A stretch of 64,000 nt of DNA from Felis catus (Eukaryota): contig NC_058368.1 of the NCBI RefSeq assembly GCF_018350175.1, positions 216,568,001 to 216,632,000 of the forward strand, written 5' to 3'. This document shows positions 39,925 to 54,052 of the stretch, piece after piece (position 1 is the stretch's first letter; each line of letters begins with the position of its first letter). The notes under the pieces are model-generated. The model had not been told where the DNA came from. It saw only the letters and a program-made list of their open reading frames with translations, and ran no database searches. The position numbers and the translations under genes are program-made.

Positions 39925-41079
39925 GGAATAGAGTCAGCCCATGACTTTGTGAGTTGAGGGGTGTGCTTATTACAGTCTATGGGTTTTCAAAACTACACTT
40001 TTCTTTGTGTACACTCTTTTGTATCTCTGGACTGAAAGTCAGCAAACTACATTTTTATTTTATTTTTATTTTTTTTAGAAAATGCCACTAGCTGGATTTC
40101 TCTTAGTTTCTGTCAATAAGAAGTACTGTATAGAATCAGAAGGTAGTAAGAAGAAAAATAATATTATGTTGCTGCCTCTTTTAGCTTCTGCCAACAACTC
40201 AGGCTGTGACAGTTGCAATGCTGTAAAGGCAAGAGAAGGTGTTCTACCTGTGGTCTCTTTGGCATGGAACCTCTCTTCTAAGAGAGGGGCATGTGGGGGG
40301 GGGTGCAGAGAAAGACAAGCTCTGCAAATATACTAAAGTTCATTAAATCATATGCTTACTTATGATGGGTGAATTTTACAATATGTAACATATATCAAAA
40401 AGGTGATTTTTTAAAGGTGATTTGAGATAACAATGGATGTCAGTATGTCTGAGAGTAGTTTCGCAGTAATGGAAAAATGGGTTCCCAGTTTTAGCCTAAA
40501 AACAAAATACATTTCTTACAGTAGCAGAAGCACATGGAGTGCTTGCACATCACTTTCAGCAGTCCTAGGGCCAAAGTGATCATGGGATTGCAACCTAAAG
40601 GTGGTCACAATTATTTGATCTATGAAGAAACAACTGTCCTCTTCCCTTAACACCTTAGCTATCCTATCACTCTTGTAACCAATAGTCAGTTATAGATTTC
40701 TCCATGTTTATTTAAGTGCTGAACGGTTTCCCTTTATTGAAATGGACCGAATCAAGTGAGGGGTTTTGCTGGGGAATGAATCAGTTTAACCAAATGTATG
40801 CTGACTACCAAGGAAGATTTTCTGCTGACCAAACAATTTGCTGAAGAGGAGTTTGGAAACATCTTTGAATCCAAGACCCAGATAGTTCCAGTTACCACAG
40901 TTGCCAAAATCTTGGATAGACAGCAAAAATAATTCAAAGATGGGTCATAATTATAAAGAAAGTGACATGGGTTCTATGCATAAAACTTTTTTTTATTTCT
41001 TTAAATAAGTAAAGGGAGATTTCTGATGAAGGATGGTTACAGAAAAACAAAGGAAAAACGGAAATGACTGTTTTCTCAT

Positions 41080-41850
41080 CTAATTTATGGATATCTTTAT
41101 AAATAATAAGTAAAATTTGAACAATGAGAAACAAGTATGCCAAGAAGACTTAAATAATGCTCAAAGAATATGCAGGAAAGTTGAAAATGTTATGACAGAA
41201 CAAAAAAAATAAAATAAAAATTTGCTGAAGAAAATAAATGCCTATTATAAGTGGAAAAAGTTAGTCATAAGTAGTTATAAGAATACTGATCAGAGAGAGC
41301 AAGGGAGGGAGGTAAAAGGAAAAAAAGGAATGTAAATATGATAGAAAGAAAGGTAGACTCAAAAAACGAGGTATATCTAACATGCACTATTATTATTTTA
41401 AGAATTAGGCAAATGAAATATTAAAAATATAGAGTTAAAGTATAATTAAAAACAAAACTTTTCTGAAATAAATGCAAACTGAATGTGCAGCCTTAGGGGC
41501 TTAGAGATTTCCAAGAAATAATGATACCTAACCTTCATACCTAACATTTTAAATCAAAGCATGTTCTGGCAGAGATGTTAGAATTCAAATACAAAGAAAG
41601 AATCCTAGGAGTAGACAAGGGAAAAAATCATGTTTCCTACTAGTGTGAAATATCAAGCTGGATTCAACTTCTTCACAGTACTATTCGATGCAAGAAGACA
41701 GTTTGATCACTGTCTAAAATACACTGAGAGGAAGGAACTGTGATGCAATAATTTTACAATCAGCCAAGCTATCTTTTGATTATAAAGAAAACTTTTAAGT
41801 ATAAAGATACAGCATGCACAAAGTTATGCCATTTATGAATAACAATGTCT
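41080..41850 (+). mobile_element. HAL1/L1 ORF1-like relic
   Basis: aaatatcaagctggattcaacttcttcacagtactattcgatgcaagaagacagt...cagccaagctatc. Confidence 0.5.
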
Positions 41851-42688
41851 GAAATTCCTGGGAGAGAAGGCTAGACAGTAATAAAGTAAGAAAAGGGGGA
41901 GGATGGAGCTGAAATCAATTGATTAGATCATGATACATAAGGGATTTTTTTTTAATCAACAGAGGTACACCCATTTCCATCACCCCCACTCCTGTCAAAA
42001 TACACTAAGATTAATTTTTATTTAATGAAAGTCGAAGAAAGGTAAGCAAGGTGGCCAGAACCATCGCGGTAAAAGTAGCAGGAGTATTCAGCCAGCTTCT
42101 TTCGGTTTCCAGATTCCCTAACTATGACCCCTTCTCCAAAAAAGGAGTCTTGTCTATATGAAAAGCTCAATTTTTCTATGCTTAACAGCTTTCTCAGACT
42201 CAAATCACCCAATACCCTTCAAAAAGAACTTTAGACATCTTGGATTGTGGTTTTTCAGCCAAATCCACCAAAATCTAGCCTACATTCTTTTCTAAGGACG
42301 TGATATTGGAAATGGAAATCCTATTTATCCCCAGCCTACCTCCTCTCCCTTTATTCTTTCCCTCCTGCACTCCCACCCCCAGACATAGACATAAAGCAAC
42401 AGATAGAAAGATGTAAATTTCACACTTAGCAACTGTGTTTCCTTGCATAATGTTACTCGTATTATTTCATTTGATTTTCCCAATACTATTATTATTCTTT
42501 ATACCTTTTTTTTCTTTCCTACCACTGGAATTATACTACCTTGAAAGCAATAATAAAGAGAGGTAACATTTGAGAGTTTCATTAAATATCATAAAATAAA
42601 TATATACACAAAACTACATAAAATAAACAAAAAAAGAAAGATATGAAGAATTAAAAATCAAGATCAATGTAAAGAAAACTGGAAAATA

Positions 42689-42905
42689 GGGGCACCTGGG
42701 TGGTTGAGTTGGTTAAGCTTACAACTTCGGATCAGGTCATGATCTCGTGGTTTGTGAGTTTGAGCCCGCCATGTCAGGCTCTGTGCTGACAGCTCAGAGC
42801 CTGGAACCTGCTTCAGATTCTGTCTCCCTCTCTCTCTGCACCTTGCCCACTAATGCTCTCTCTCTTTCTCTCTCTCAAAAATAAATAAACATTAAAAAAA
42901 ATTTT
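42689..42905 (+). mobile_element. SINEC_Fc
   Basis: Head, (CT)n and tail; TSD-like tggaaaata. Confidence 0.92.
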
Positions 42906-43599
42906 AAGGAAATTGGAAAATAAATTCATGAGCTTATTAGTAACCATAATTTTTATTCAGTTTTTATTAAAAAACCTAAAAATGACATTTAACATATCCT
43001 ACCCATGGAAATTATTATTATGATAAACATGTTTATCCACATTTCAATTGATAATTCATATCTATGATAATTTAGTTTCATTATGATCTCATTTTTCATT
43101 CTAATGCTGAATGAAATTCATATTTTTAAATTCTATTTTAATTTTCATAAATGGGGTTATTAACCTAAGGCAGAAAACTATTTCAAAAACATAAAATATC
43201 AGATTATTAAAATTGTGTATTTTTCTGAGTGGATTACTTCAAATCATTCATCTAATTATAGTTCTATTAAATTGGATATGTTATAGCAAAAATAAAAATA
43301 AAAATGCATAGAAATTATGCATGCAATGCATTTATTCAATAATGAATTCCTATTTTGTGGATATTTAGGTAGTTTTTCTGCACTTTTTGAATAGAATATA
43401 ATTTCTTAATAAAATAAACAAAAATAGTATGTATAAAGTGTATTTATATTGGAAACCATTTTTAAAAAAGTGAATCCATTGCCTATTTTCTTGAACAGAA
43501 GTAATATATTGCTATTTGTCATTAAAGAAATCATACTAGAATTAGGCTTTATTCCCATGTTCCTAAGAAGCACTTATAGATAAAAACAAAGAATTACTA

Positions 43600-44051
43600 T
43601 TATATTTATTATTACTGTTTTGAGAGAGAGAGGGAGAGCTAGCAGGGGAGAATCAGAGAAAGAGCGAGAGACAGAATCTTAAGCAAAGTCCAAGCTCAGT
43701 GTGGAGCCTGACAGGGGCTCCATCTCAAGACCTTGAGATCATGACCTAAGCTGAAATCAAGAGTCTGACACTTAACCAACTGAGCCACCCTGGCACCCCT
43801 AAAAGAACAGAAATTATTAAAAAACCTGAATAAAGTTTAAAAAAAATTTTAATGTTTCATTTTAGTTTTGAGACAGAGAAAGAACATGAACGGGGGAGAG
43901 TCAGAGAGAGAAGGAGACACAGAATTTGAAGCAGGCTCCAGGCTCTGAACTGTCAGCATGGACCCCGACGCAGGGCTCGAACTCACAGACGGTGAGATCA
44001 TGACCTGAGCCAAAGTCGGAAGCCCAACTGACTGAGCCACCCAGGTACCCC
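43600..44051 (-). mobile_element. Two antisense SINEs (43600-43799, 43840-44051)
   Basis: Reverse-complement SINE bodies; the second has TSD cctgaataaagttt. Confidence 0.9.
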
Positions 44052-44387
44052 TGAATAAAGTTTTAAGAAGTTGGAAATTATGTGATAGCGATTAATCGAC
44101 AAAGAAGAAGAGTGATGACAGCCTGATCCTCAAGGGTAAAGTAAACAGCCCATCTACCTGTTCTTGCATCTTGCAAGCTTTGTGCTCAGAGTCAAGAGGA
44201 GCAGGGGCAAATGAAGAAATATGAATGAAACAGATGAACTTATTAAAAAGTATTTTTTTTAATGAGACAACTATACTAGTCATCTAATGAATACACTTCC
44301 TACCAACCTACTGATGGAAGCATCAGGCATTTTCCTCAAAACAAAACATTAGAACACTTACCTTTAAAGCAGCACCACAAATTAGAT

Positions 44388-44598
44388 ATTTTTTTTAACA
44401 TTTATTTATTTTTTGAGACAGAGAGAGACAGAGCATGAACGGGGGAGGGTCAGAGAGAGGGAGACACAGAATCTGAAACAGGCTCCAGGCTCTGAGCTGT
44501 CAGCACAGAGCCCGACGCGGGGCTCAAACTCACTGACTGCGAGATCATGACCTGAGCCAAAGTTGGCCGCTTAACCGACTGAGCCACCCAGGCGCCCC
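44388..44598 (-). mobile_element. SINEC_Fc
   Basis: TSD aaattagatatttt. Confidence 0.95.
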
Positions 44599-44629
44599 GT
44601 AAATTAGATATTTTAGAGATGTTGTAAAT

Positions 44630-44978
44630 GTTATATTACTTCTTGTGTCCAAGATGGTAACCACTGGTCACATGTGGCTACTTTAAGTATAAGTAACGTG
44701 CCTATGGACTTAAATTTTAATTTTACTTACTGGGGCGGCTCAATTGGTTAAGCATCTGACTTCAGCTCAGGTCATCTCACGGTTTGTGAGTTCAAGCCCA
44801 GCTGACAGGTCAGAGTCTGGAGCCTGCTCTGGATTCCGTGTCTCCCTCTTTCTCTGTCTCTCCAGGTCTCTCTCTCTCTCAAAAATAAATAAACATTAAA
44901 AAATTTAAAAAATAATTTTACTTTAATGTAATTTTTAATATCATTTAATTTTGTTTTAATTAGTTTACATTTAATTTT
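44630..44978. mobile_element. MER3-like hAT element interrupted by a deleted SINE (44732-44912)
   Basis: tccaagatggtaaccactggtcacatgtggctac...ttaaattttaattttactt. Confidence 0.6.
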
Positions 44979-44979
44979 G

Positions 44980-47900
44980 GACTTCTCGCAGCATGGAGCA
45001 GATGTACTTTTTCCGATTCCACTCACTAAGTACAACTAAAAACTCTGGGTAATATATATAAAGCAAACTCAAAGAGATTCTGAAAGATGAAGAGAAGGAA
45101 TTCACAGAAAGAATAACATAGTGGTGAGTGACATATCTCAGACTTGCAGCTCAAAAAGTTAGAAACCAACAAATTGCCACAGGTCGAGAAAAAAGTCATG
45201 ATAAAAGCCTGCTCTCTTGAGCTAACAGGCCAGAAAGAGCAGCCTAGCAACCCAGAAAATTCTTAGACAATAAATGTTTTATTCCAAAAAAATAATATAG
45301 AGAAAATGGTGGGTGGCTTCATTTCTTCCGTTGAAGGAGAAGAGAAAAAGGGCACACTGAGACACCTTGTACTGAAACTTCTCAAAACTAAAGACAAAAG
45401 AGTCTTGGAAGTAGAAATAAAAAGCTTACCTAAAAGGGGAAAAACAATAAGAAAAACAAAGGAGAATATGAATGAGAAAAAGCAAATAGGAATAGCCAAT
45501 TTCTCATAGAGAAGGGTAGAAGGTAGAACACAGTGACATAGTTTTTAAAAGCTGAAAGAAAAGAACTGTCAACCCAGAATCTAATATCCAATGAGAATAT
45601 CTTTTAAGAACGAAAAGAAAATCTTCCCAAATAAAAGAGAACTAAGAGATTTGTTGCCAGCAGATCTACTCTTAAAAAAAAATGAAACATTAAGAAATTT
45701 ACTAACTATAAAAGAAGTGGTAAAAGAAGAAAACTTGGAAATTAGAAAAAAAAAAAAACAAAAAGACACAGGAAGCAAACCAAAAATGTCTATATTCAAC
45801 ATGCTTCTTGTGTCTTCTAAATTATGATTAATGGCTGAAGCAATAATTACATCATTATTCAACGTAGTTATAAATATATGGGTGGGAAATATTTAAGATA
45901 GCTGTGTTAATAATTGGAGAGTGTAAGCTCACTTAATAGAGGGCAAGAATTCTAAGTTTTATTCAAATTGTTAAAAGGATGATACACCAGTCACCAGGGA
46001 CTGTTCTAAGTTATGTGTATATAATATGGAGAGCCCCTACAAGAGTATACTAGGAGATACACTCTAAAACACCTGCTAAATCAAAATGAAATTCCAGTGG
46101 AACATGTTCAAGTAACCAATACGAAGGCAGAAAAAAGAAACAAAACAAAACAAAACAAAAAACAAAGAACACACAAAAGAAAAATAAGTGACAGACCTAA
46201 CCTAAATATGCCAATAATTATGTAAAATGTAAATTATATAGTACACTACTTAAGAGGGATTGACAGAGTGGATTAAAAAACACCCCTCAGGTGCCTGGGT
46301 GGCTTAGATGGTTTAAGCCTCTGACTCTTGACTTTGACTCAGGGCATGATCTCATGGTTTGTAAGTTTGAGCCCCAAGTCAGGCTCTGTGCTAACAGCCT
46401 GGAGCTCGCTTGGGATTCTCTTTTTCTCCTTCTGTCTGCCCCTAGCCCCTCAAAATAAATAAATAACCTTAAAAAAATCCCCCAACTATATACCCTCTAC
46501 AAGAACCACACTTAAAGTAAAACAATACAAGTATGTTGAAACAAATACGATGGAAAAATGTATTTTTATGCAAATAATGCAAGAGTCATCATACTGATAT
46601 GTGAAAAAGTAGATTTTATTTTTTATTTTGAGAGAGAGGGCTCAAGTGAGCAAGAGGCAGAAAGAGAAGACAGAGAGAATCCCATGAGAGGCAGAGAGGG
46701 AGAGAAAGAAGCAGGGCTCATCTGAAATGGTACTTAAGCTTTACCCACTGCGGGGCTCCAACTCACGAACCATGAGATCATGACCTGAGCCAGTCTGTTG
46801 CTTAGCCAACTGAGCCACCCAGGAGCTCAGAAAAAGTAGACTTCAAGGCAAACAAAATTATCAGAGACAGGGAGAGAATTTTATTATGATAAATGGACCA
46901 GTATGGCATGACGATTCTAAATGTGTATGTAGCAAATAACAGAGCTACAAAACACATGAAACAAAAACTAGCATACCTGACAAAAAAAAAAACACATCCA
47001 CAGATTATAGCTGGTGATTCCAACATTCCTTTCAATTGATAGAATAACTATCAATTTCAAGGATAAAGAACTCAAAAACATGATAGTACTGATATGGACT
47101 ATGGCATTCAACAAGAGCAGAATGCATGTTCTTTTCAAGTGCCATGGAACATGTACCAATATGGATCATATCTTGGACCATATAGCATAGATAAAAAAAA
47201 GTTGGGTTGAAGTCATACATAATAATTTCTCCAGCCACAAAAGAATCAAACTAGAAATCAATAACAGAAAGGTAATAGTAAAATCTTCAAACATTTGGAA
47301 GCTAAACAAAACATATCTAAGTAATCCATGGATCAAAGAGAAAGTCTTAAGGGAGACTTTAAAAAATGAATTGAACTGCATAAAAATGAAATATAACATA
47401 TCAAATCTTGTGGAACACTCTTAAAAGAATGCCAAGAGAAAAATAATAACAATAATGGCATACTTCAGAAAACGGGAAACTGAAGAACAGAGTAAATCTG
47501 AAGCAAGCATAATAAAGGAAATCATAAAGATAATAGTAATTAAAAGAGGGATGGCTCCTTTTAATGGGTGGCTCAGCCGATTAAGCATCCGACTTCAGCT
47601 CAGTTCATGATCTTGCCTTTTGTGAGTTCAAACCCCGCATCGCATTTGTTCTGACAGCTCCAAGCCTGGAGCCTGCTTCAGATTCTATGTCTCCCTCTCT
47701 CTCTGTCCCTCTCCTGCTGGCACTCTGTGTGTATCTCTCTCAAAAATAAGTGAACATTAAAAAAATTTTTTTAAAGCAGAAAAATGATAGAGAAAATCTG
47801 AAACAAAGAGCTGATTCTTTGAAAAGATCAACAAAATTGCCCAACCTCTAACAAGCCTGTCAAAGTAAAAAGACAATTTATGAAGACTAAAGTCAGAGAA

Positions 47901-50900
47901 GGGGATATTACTATAGACTTTACAGACCTCAAAGGTTAATAAGTATAAGCTATGAACAACTCCACCCACATAAATATGATGTATTAAATTAAATTGGTTA
48001 ATTCCTTAAGAAACACAATGTAATATCCCCTATGAAATAGGGCACCAACAAAGGAATTGAATGTGTAATTAACAAACTGCCAAAAAGAAACTCTTTAGCT
48101 GTATGTGGTGTCGTGTCAAATAATTGGAGAAAAATTAAGGTCGATCCTTCAAAATCTCTTCCAGAAAATAGAAGAAGCAGCAGCTTACTGATTCATTTTG
48201 TGGGCATATTATTACAGTAATATCCAAACATGAAAAAGCTAATACACAAAAAGAAACAACATATAAATGCCCATTATGAAATGGATACTCAAATCCTTAG
48301 CAAAATATTAATGAGTAAAATATAGCAATATGAAAAAGAATTTTACACTATTACCAACTGATATTTATTTTCAGCATGCAAGACCAATTCAGTGTTTGGA
48401 AACTGTCCATGTAATGCATCCAATTAACGTTCTAAAGAAGAAAAATTGCACGGTCATATAATTCAATGTAGAAAAAGCATGTGACAAATTTTACAACCCA
48501 CTGATGATGGAAAAACAAATGACCAAACAAAATACTCCCAGAAAAATACGAATAGAGAGGAAATTGTTTCCAGTTGTTAAATAATGAATATGATCTTCAA
48601 AAACAGAAAGAAAATCAACATCAAAACTCACACAGTTAACGTTATACTTCATGGTGAAAGACTGAATTATTTCTTTCAAGGTAAGACAAAGAGATATTCA
48701 GTCTCACCACTCTCATTTAATATAGTATGAGAGGGGCACCTGGGTGGCGCAGTCGGTTAAGCGTCCGACTTCAGCCAGGTCACGATCTCGTGGTCCGGGA
48801 GTTTGAGCCCTGCATCGGGCTCTGGGCTGATGGCTCAGAGCCTGGAAACTGTTTCTGATTCTGTGTCTCCCTCTCTCTCTGCCCCTCCCCCATTCATGCT
48901 CTGTCTCTCTCTGTCCCAAAAATAAATAAACGTTGAAAAAAAAATTAAAAAAAAATAATATAGTATGAGAAGTTCTAGCAAATGTAATAAGGCAAGAAAA
49001 ATAATGAAAAGACAGATACATGAGTAAGGGCAAAATAAAACTCTATTTGGAGATGACATAATTATACACAAGCCAAAGTCTAGTTATACACATACATTCA
49101 AAAAGTACTCTTCTAAAATTAATAAATTCATCAAGTTTAGAGGATACCAGAAAAACATATAATACTAATTATATTTCTGCATGCCAGGAATGAACAAATG
49201 AACCCTGAAATTAAAATGTGATGTAATCTAAAATCACTCAAAAATTAAATAATCTAAAGTAGCTGTAAAATATTTGCAAGACTTTCATCAAAAAACTGTA
49301 AACTGCTAATGACAGACATAAAAAAGTTTCCCAAAAATGGAAATGCAGTGTTTGTAGACTGAAATTTTCAACTTTTAGGTAAGTGTGTTAGTCTGTAAGG
49401 TCTATTATAACAAAGTATTACAGACAGAATATCTTAAATAACAGCACTGTAGTTTCTCATAATCCTAAAGACTAATAGTCTAAGATTAAGGTGTCAACAA
49501 GATTGTACTTTGTCCAAGGCCTTTCTCCTTGGTTTGTGGATGGCCATCTTTTCTCTACATCTTGACATTTTTCCCCTTGTGTGTCTGTTACACAACTGCC
49601 AGTCATGTTGGGTTAGGGCCTCCCTTAATTACCTCATTGTCATTTAATAACCTCTTTAAAGACTCTATCTCTAAATGTAGTCACATTCTCAGACTGTTAA
49701 ATTTGAGGTATTAAGACTTCAACATATCAGTTTTGGGAAGACACAATGCAGTTTATATCAGTAAAGATGTCAGTTCTTCAAAATTGATATGTAAGTTTAA
49801 ACCAATTCTCATCAAAACGCTAGTGAGGATTTTGTATACACCAGTTTATTTTAAAATATATATGGAAAACAGCCAAGGAACCAGAAGGGATAAAAAGAAT
49901 TTGGAAAATGGAGAATATAGAAGGAATCAATCTACTCAATTCTAAGGCTTGGTATGGTACTCATAATAATGAAGATTGTTGTCATTGGTGGATCCATAGA
50001 TACGTAGGTCGATAGAAGAGAGTAGAGGATTTAGTAAGAAACACACAAATATGCCCAAATGATTTCTACAAGAGTTAAAAATAATTAAATGGAGAATAGA
50101 ATGCCTTTTCAACCAACAGTGCCAAAATTTGATGGGGGAAAAAAAAAGCCTTGGCTTAAGTAAATCACAGCCTCATGCAAAATTTAATTCAAAATGATTA
50201 TGGAAATAGTTTAAAATGCAAAATGTAAAACTTTTAACAAAAACTTAGGAGAAGTTCTTTGGAATCCGAAGTGCAGCTTAGATTTGACAGTGAAAGCCAA
50301 ATTCATTTTAGAAAAAGATAAATTGGCGTCCATACGAACTAAAATCATTTTTGCTCTCTGAAAAACTTGTTAATAGCATAAGGCAGACTGTAAAATGGGA
50401 GAAATATTTGTAAACCATGTATCTGACCAAAAAAAAAAAAAAACCTAGTATGTATAATATATAAAGAACTATCAAAGCTCAACAGTAATTAAATAAATAA
50501 TAAGCAAACAAATAAATAAATAGCACAATTAGGAATTAGACAAAAGACATGAAGACATATTTCACTTAAAAGGATGTCCAGATGGCAAATAAGCACGCAA
50601 AAAGATGTGCAGAAACATGGGTAATTAAGGAAATGCCAATTAAAGCTACAATAAGAAATGATTATACATTTGCAATAATAGGCAAAACATTGTCACTATA
50701 TGAGAACACCACAGACCGGTGAAGATAAACCAAACTTCTCATATATTGCTTGCTGGTGGAAATCCAAAGTGCTTCAGCCACTATGGAAATTAGTTTGGCA
50801 GTCCCTTATGAAAAAAAAAAATGCATTATGACATGATCCAGTAATTGTGTTCCTAAGCATTTATTTCAGAGAAATGAAAATTCATGTTCACCCATAAATC

Positions 50901-51435
50901 CATGTCCGTATGTTTGTAGCAGTTTTATTTGTACCTCAAAGCCCAAACTGACCCAGATTGTTCCTCAGCGAGTGAATGGTTAATTTATAGACTATTACTC
51001 AGCAGTAAGTAGGAGAGGTGCACTGATAAACACAGCTTGGGTGAACCTCCAGAGAATTATGTTGAGGGAAAAAAAAGTTACAAAACTGAGTGAAAGAATC
51101 TTACAGTATGCAAACTTCCCAGAGTTCATATACCTATAGTATTCCATTTTTATAACATTCTTGAACTGCCAAAATCATAAATATGGAGAACAGATAAATG
51201 CTTGTCAAGGGTTAATGAAGAAGGACATGTGTCTATGAAAGGACACAGAAGTACATGTGTCACAAAAGACACTGAGAGATCTTTGGGGTGATAGAATTGT
51301 TCTCTGTATTGACAGTAACAAAGCCAATATCCTGGCATTGAGACCAACAGGGTAATGGGTACATAAAATCCTTCTATATTCTTACAACTGCTAAGATATC
51401 TGCAATTATCTCAGAATGAGCACTTTATTAAAAAA
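44980..51435 (+). mobile_element. Near full-length ancient LINE-1 (L1MC/MD-like): 5' end, ORF1 and ORF2 remnants, 3'UTR; carries four SINEs and an antisense MLT1 LTR (~49384-49755)
   Basis: ORF1-like LKLLKTKDK...LK, ctgtcaacccagaatctaatatcc; EN-region gaaaaagtagacttcaaggc; RT-region ctatttggagatgacataatt; 3' end cttacaactgct...aattatctca. Confidence 0.85.
48732..48957 (+). mobile_element. Young SINEC_Fc
   Basis: TSD taatatagtatgaga. Confidence 0.95.
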
Positions 51436-51847
51436 TAATAACATTTAAATTCTAAATAAGATTAGTAGTCTGAATGCTGATATCATAAATAAAGCCTTTG
51501 TCAGTTTGGTGTTTATGTTCTCAAAAGCTAAGCCAACTGCTATGATCACATCAAAAGAAAAGATTTCTCTATGCATCATCTCATCTAGCAAGACTCATAT
51601 CTGCATGGAGCTAACTAGAAGACAGACCTATTTGCCAGTCAGCTGAGGGAACACATACTATCTAATTACGTGTGTGTGTGCATAAAACTATATATACATA
51701 CATATATATATGCATAAAACTATATATACATATATACATATATATTAATACAATGCATATACATACACATATGTACATAGAGTTCAGACTCAGAAATGTT
51801 ACATGTTAATTTCACAGTTTAGGAAGATCTTTCATTGTGAATTTAAG

Positions 51848-51919
51848 TCTTTGGAATCCGAAGTGCAGCTTAGATTTGACAATAAAAGCCAAATTCATTT
51901 TTAAAAAAGATAAATTGGC
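51848..51919 (+). repeat. 72-bp dispersed direct repeat of 50256-50327
   Basis: 68/72 identical by manual alignment. Confidence 0.9.
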
Positions 51920-52574
51920 CTCTGACATGTAAATTAAACAGAAGAAAGTCAAAGTGCAAAAGAGAAGAAAGCGAGATGGAAAACCCAACAGAGCAAGTAA
52001 TGCAGTTCCAGTGCAGACCATTACAGGTACTTTTGAGAAAAAAAATGGCAGTAGAACACAATGACAAGCATAATGGAAACTGAAAAAATATTGAGGATAA
52101 AAGCAGAACAATGCAATTTCTTAAATGGTCAATATAAACTCCAAAAATCACAAACTGAGGAAGAGCACTGTTCTCTAAACTTGTTTAAAATGACTTTTTA
52201 CCAGTTGAGGAAATCCTTTTAGCCTAACATCGTCCCTCAAGTTATATTTGGATTATGACTGAATTTTTAGGGATGGAAATCTAACTGCTATTTTTTACTC
52301 AATCTGTTTGCAACCATAATAATACAAATATTGTTTATTGGCTTTCACTTTAAGAGTCAATCTTTAGGCCAAGAGATGTTATGTTTAAAGGAGAGAATGA
52401 AAATCTAAGAGCTGTGAAACATAAAGCTGAAACTAACACAAAGCAGATTGTGAAGAAAACTGTAGAAAATGAAGGGCATTAATATGATCATGTAAAGTAT
52501 AGAAGCCAAATGAAAAGATGATAGAAACATGAATTGAGGTTTAGTTATATTGTTTGTATTTAAGATAATTGTTA

Positions 52575-52825
52575 GGGGCGCCTGGGTGGCTCAGTCGGTT
52601 GAGCGTTCAACTTTGGCTCAGGTCATATCTCATGGGTTGTGGGTTCTGGCCCCGCGTCGGGCTCTGTGCTGACAACTCAGAGCCTGGAGCCTGCTTCGGA
52701 TTCTGTGTCTCCTCTCTCTCTGCCCCTCTGTCACTTGTGCTCTGTCTCTCTCTGTCTCTCAAAAAATAAAAATAAATAAAATGTAAAAAAAAATTTTTTT
52801 TAGAAAATAAACGTTAAAAAATATT
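52575..52825 (+). mobile_element. SINEC_Fc
   Basis: TSD-like aagataattgtt. Confidence 0.92.
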
Positions 52826-53442
52826 TAAAGATAATTGTTGGAAAACCCCAAATAAAAAATAATTGTCAAACACAGAGATGGAGAAGGGGACTTGCACAAG
52901 CTAACTGTTTATATTTGATTTTAGGGGAATAATACATGTGATCTGATTTTAATAAATTCAGAAAATAACTTAAATATTATTTTGTGAAAGAAATAACCAA
53001 AATATAGCCAATATTGAATAAGTCCCCTGGAGAGAAGACCTAGAAGTGAAGAAATAGTGTAAGACTGTTAATTTCCATTATGACATCCTTCACTGGGATT
53101 TCTTTAATGTGCATGTATGAATTCATAAAAATTAACATTTTAAAAGTATAACCTGATTTACTTAAAAACAATAGCCATTTGTGGCGTCAGAATGTTTGCT
53201 GGTGAATTCATCTAAACAATTGAAAATGCAAAAGATTTACCAAACTGGAATCGTGCATAAAAAGACTTTTTCTAGCATCTTTTATGTGCAAAAATGCTTT
53301 CTTCCCTTGCATTTACTGCTGAATTTGAAATATCACCTACCTAGTGACTTAGCTAGCAGCCACTTCTATTTATAAGCATACATCATGTGAATTACAAGTA
53401 AATAAAATAATTGTTCTCAATTAGACTAAATTTCCACCAAGT

Positions 53443-53680
53443 GGGGGCGCCCGGGTGGCTCAGTCGGTTGAGCTTCTCACTTCGGCTCAGGTCATGATCT
53501 CGAGGTTCCTGAGTTTGAGCCCCATGTCGGGCTCTATGCTGACAGCTCAGAGCCTGAAGCCTGCTTCGGATTCTGTGTCTCCCTCTCTCTCTGACCCTCC
53601 CCCTTTCATGTTCTGTCTGTCTCTGTCTCAAATATAAATAAACATAAAAAAAAAGAAATTAAAAAAATAAATAAATAAAT
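53443..53680 (+). mobile_element. SINEC_Fc
   Basis: TSD-like taaatttcc(a/c)ccaagtgg. Confidence 0.93.
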
Positions 53681-53924
53681 TTCCCCCAAGTGGATTGTTG
53701 AACCCTTTTTATGACTTCATAGTCTAAATGGCCACACTCACAACTTGAATGTGCGTTTAATATAATTAATTACGCTTTTTAGGTAGAAAACTTTTGTATC
53801 AAAAATGATATCATTAAAGTAGCTACAATAAAAGAGAGTTCCTTTCATCGGGAATGTAAAATTAAAAGTAAGATTTAAATAATTTTAGCATGCAAAGTAT
53901 AATCATGATCATTTTTAATATTTT

Positions 53925-54052
53925 AAATTTGTTTTAATGTTTATTATTTTTATTTTTGAAGGCGAGAGAAACCGAGTGTGAGCGGGGGAGGGGCAGAGAA
54001 AGAGGGAGACACAGAATCCCAAGGAGGTTCCAGGCTCTGAGCTGTGAGCCCC
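53925..54052 (-). mobile_element. Truncated SINE (3' half only)
   Basis: gggcagagaaagagggagacacagaatccc...ctctgagctgtgagc. Confidence 0.8.

Noticed and set aside
40750..40935. Coding-looking stretch (MLTTKEDFLLTKQFAEEEFGNIFESK...)
   Set aside because: Only about 44 codons, no recognisable homology or convincing splice sites, and it lies next to an L1/HAL1 relic.
51668..51780. Repeated tgcataaaactatatatacata
   Set aside because: Ordinary slippage within a (TA/CA)n low-complexity tract.
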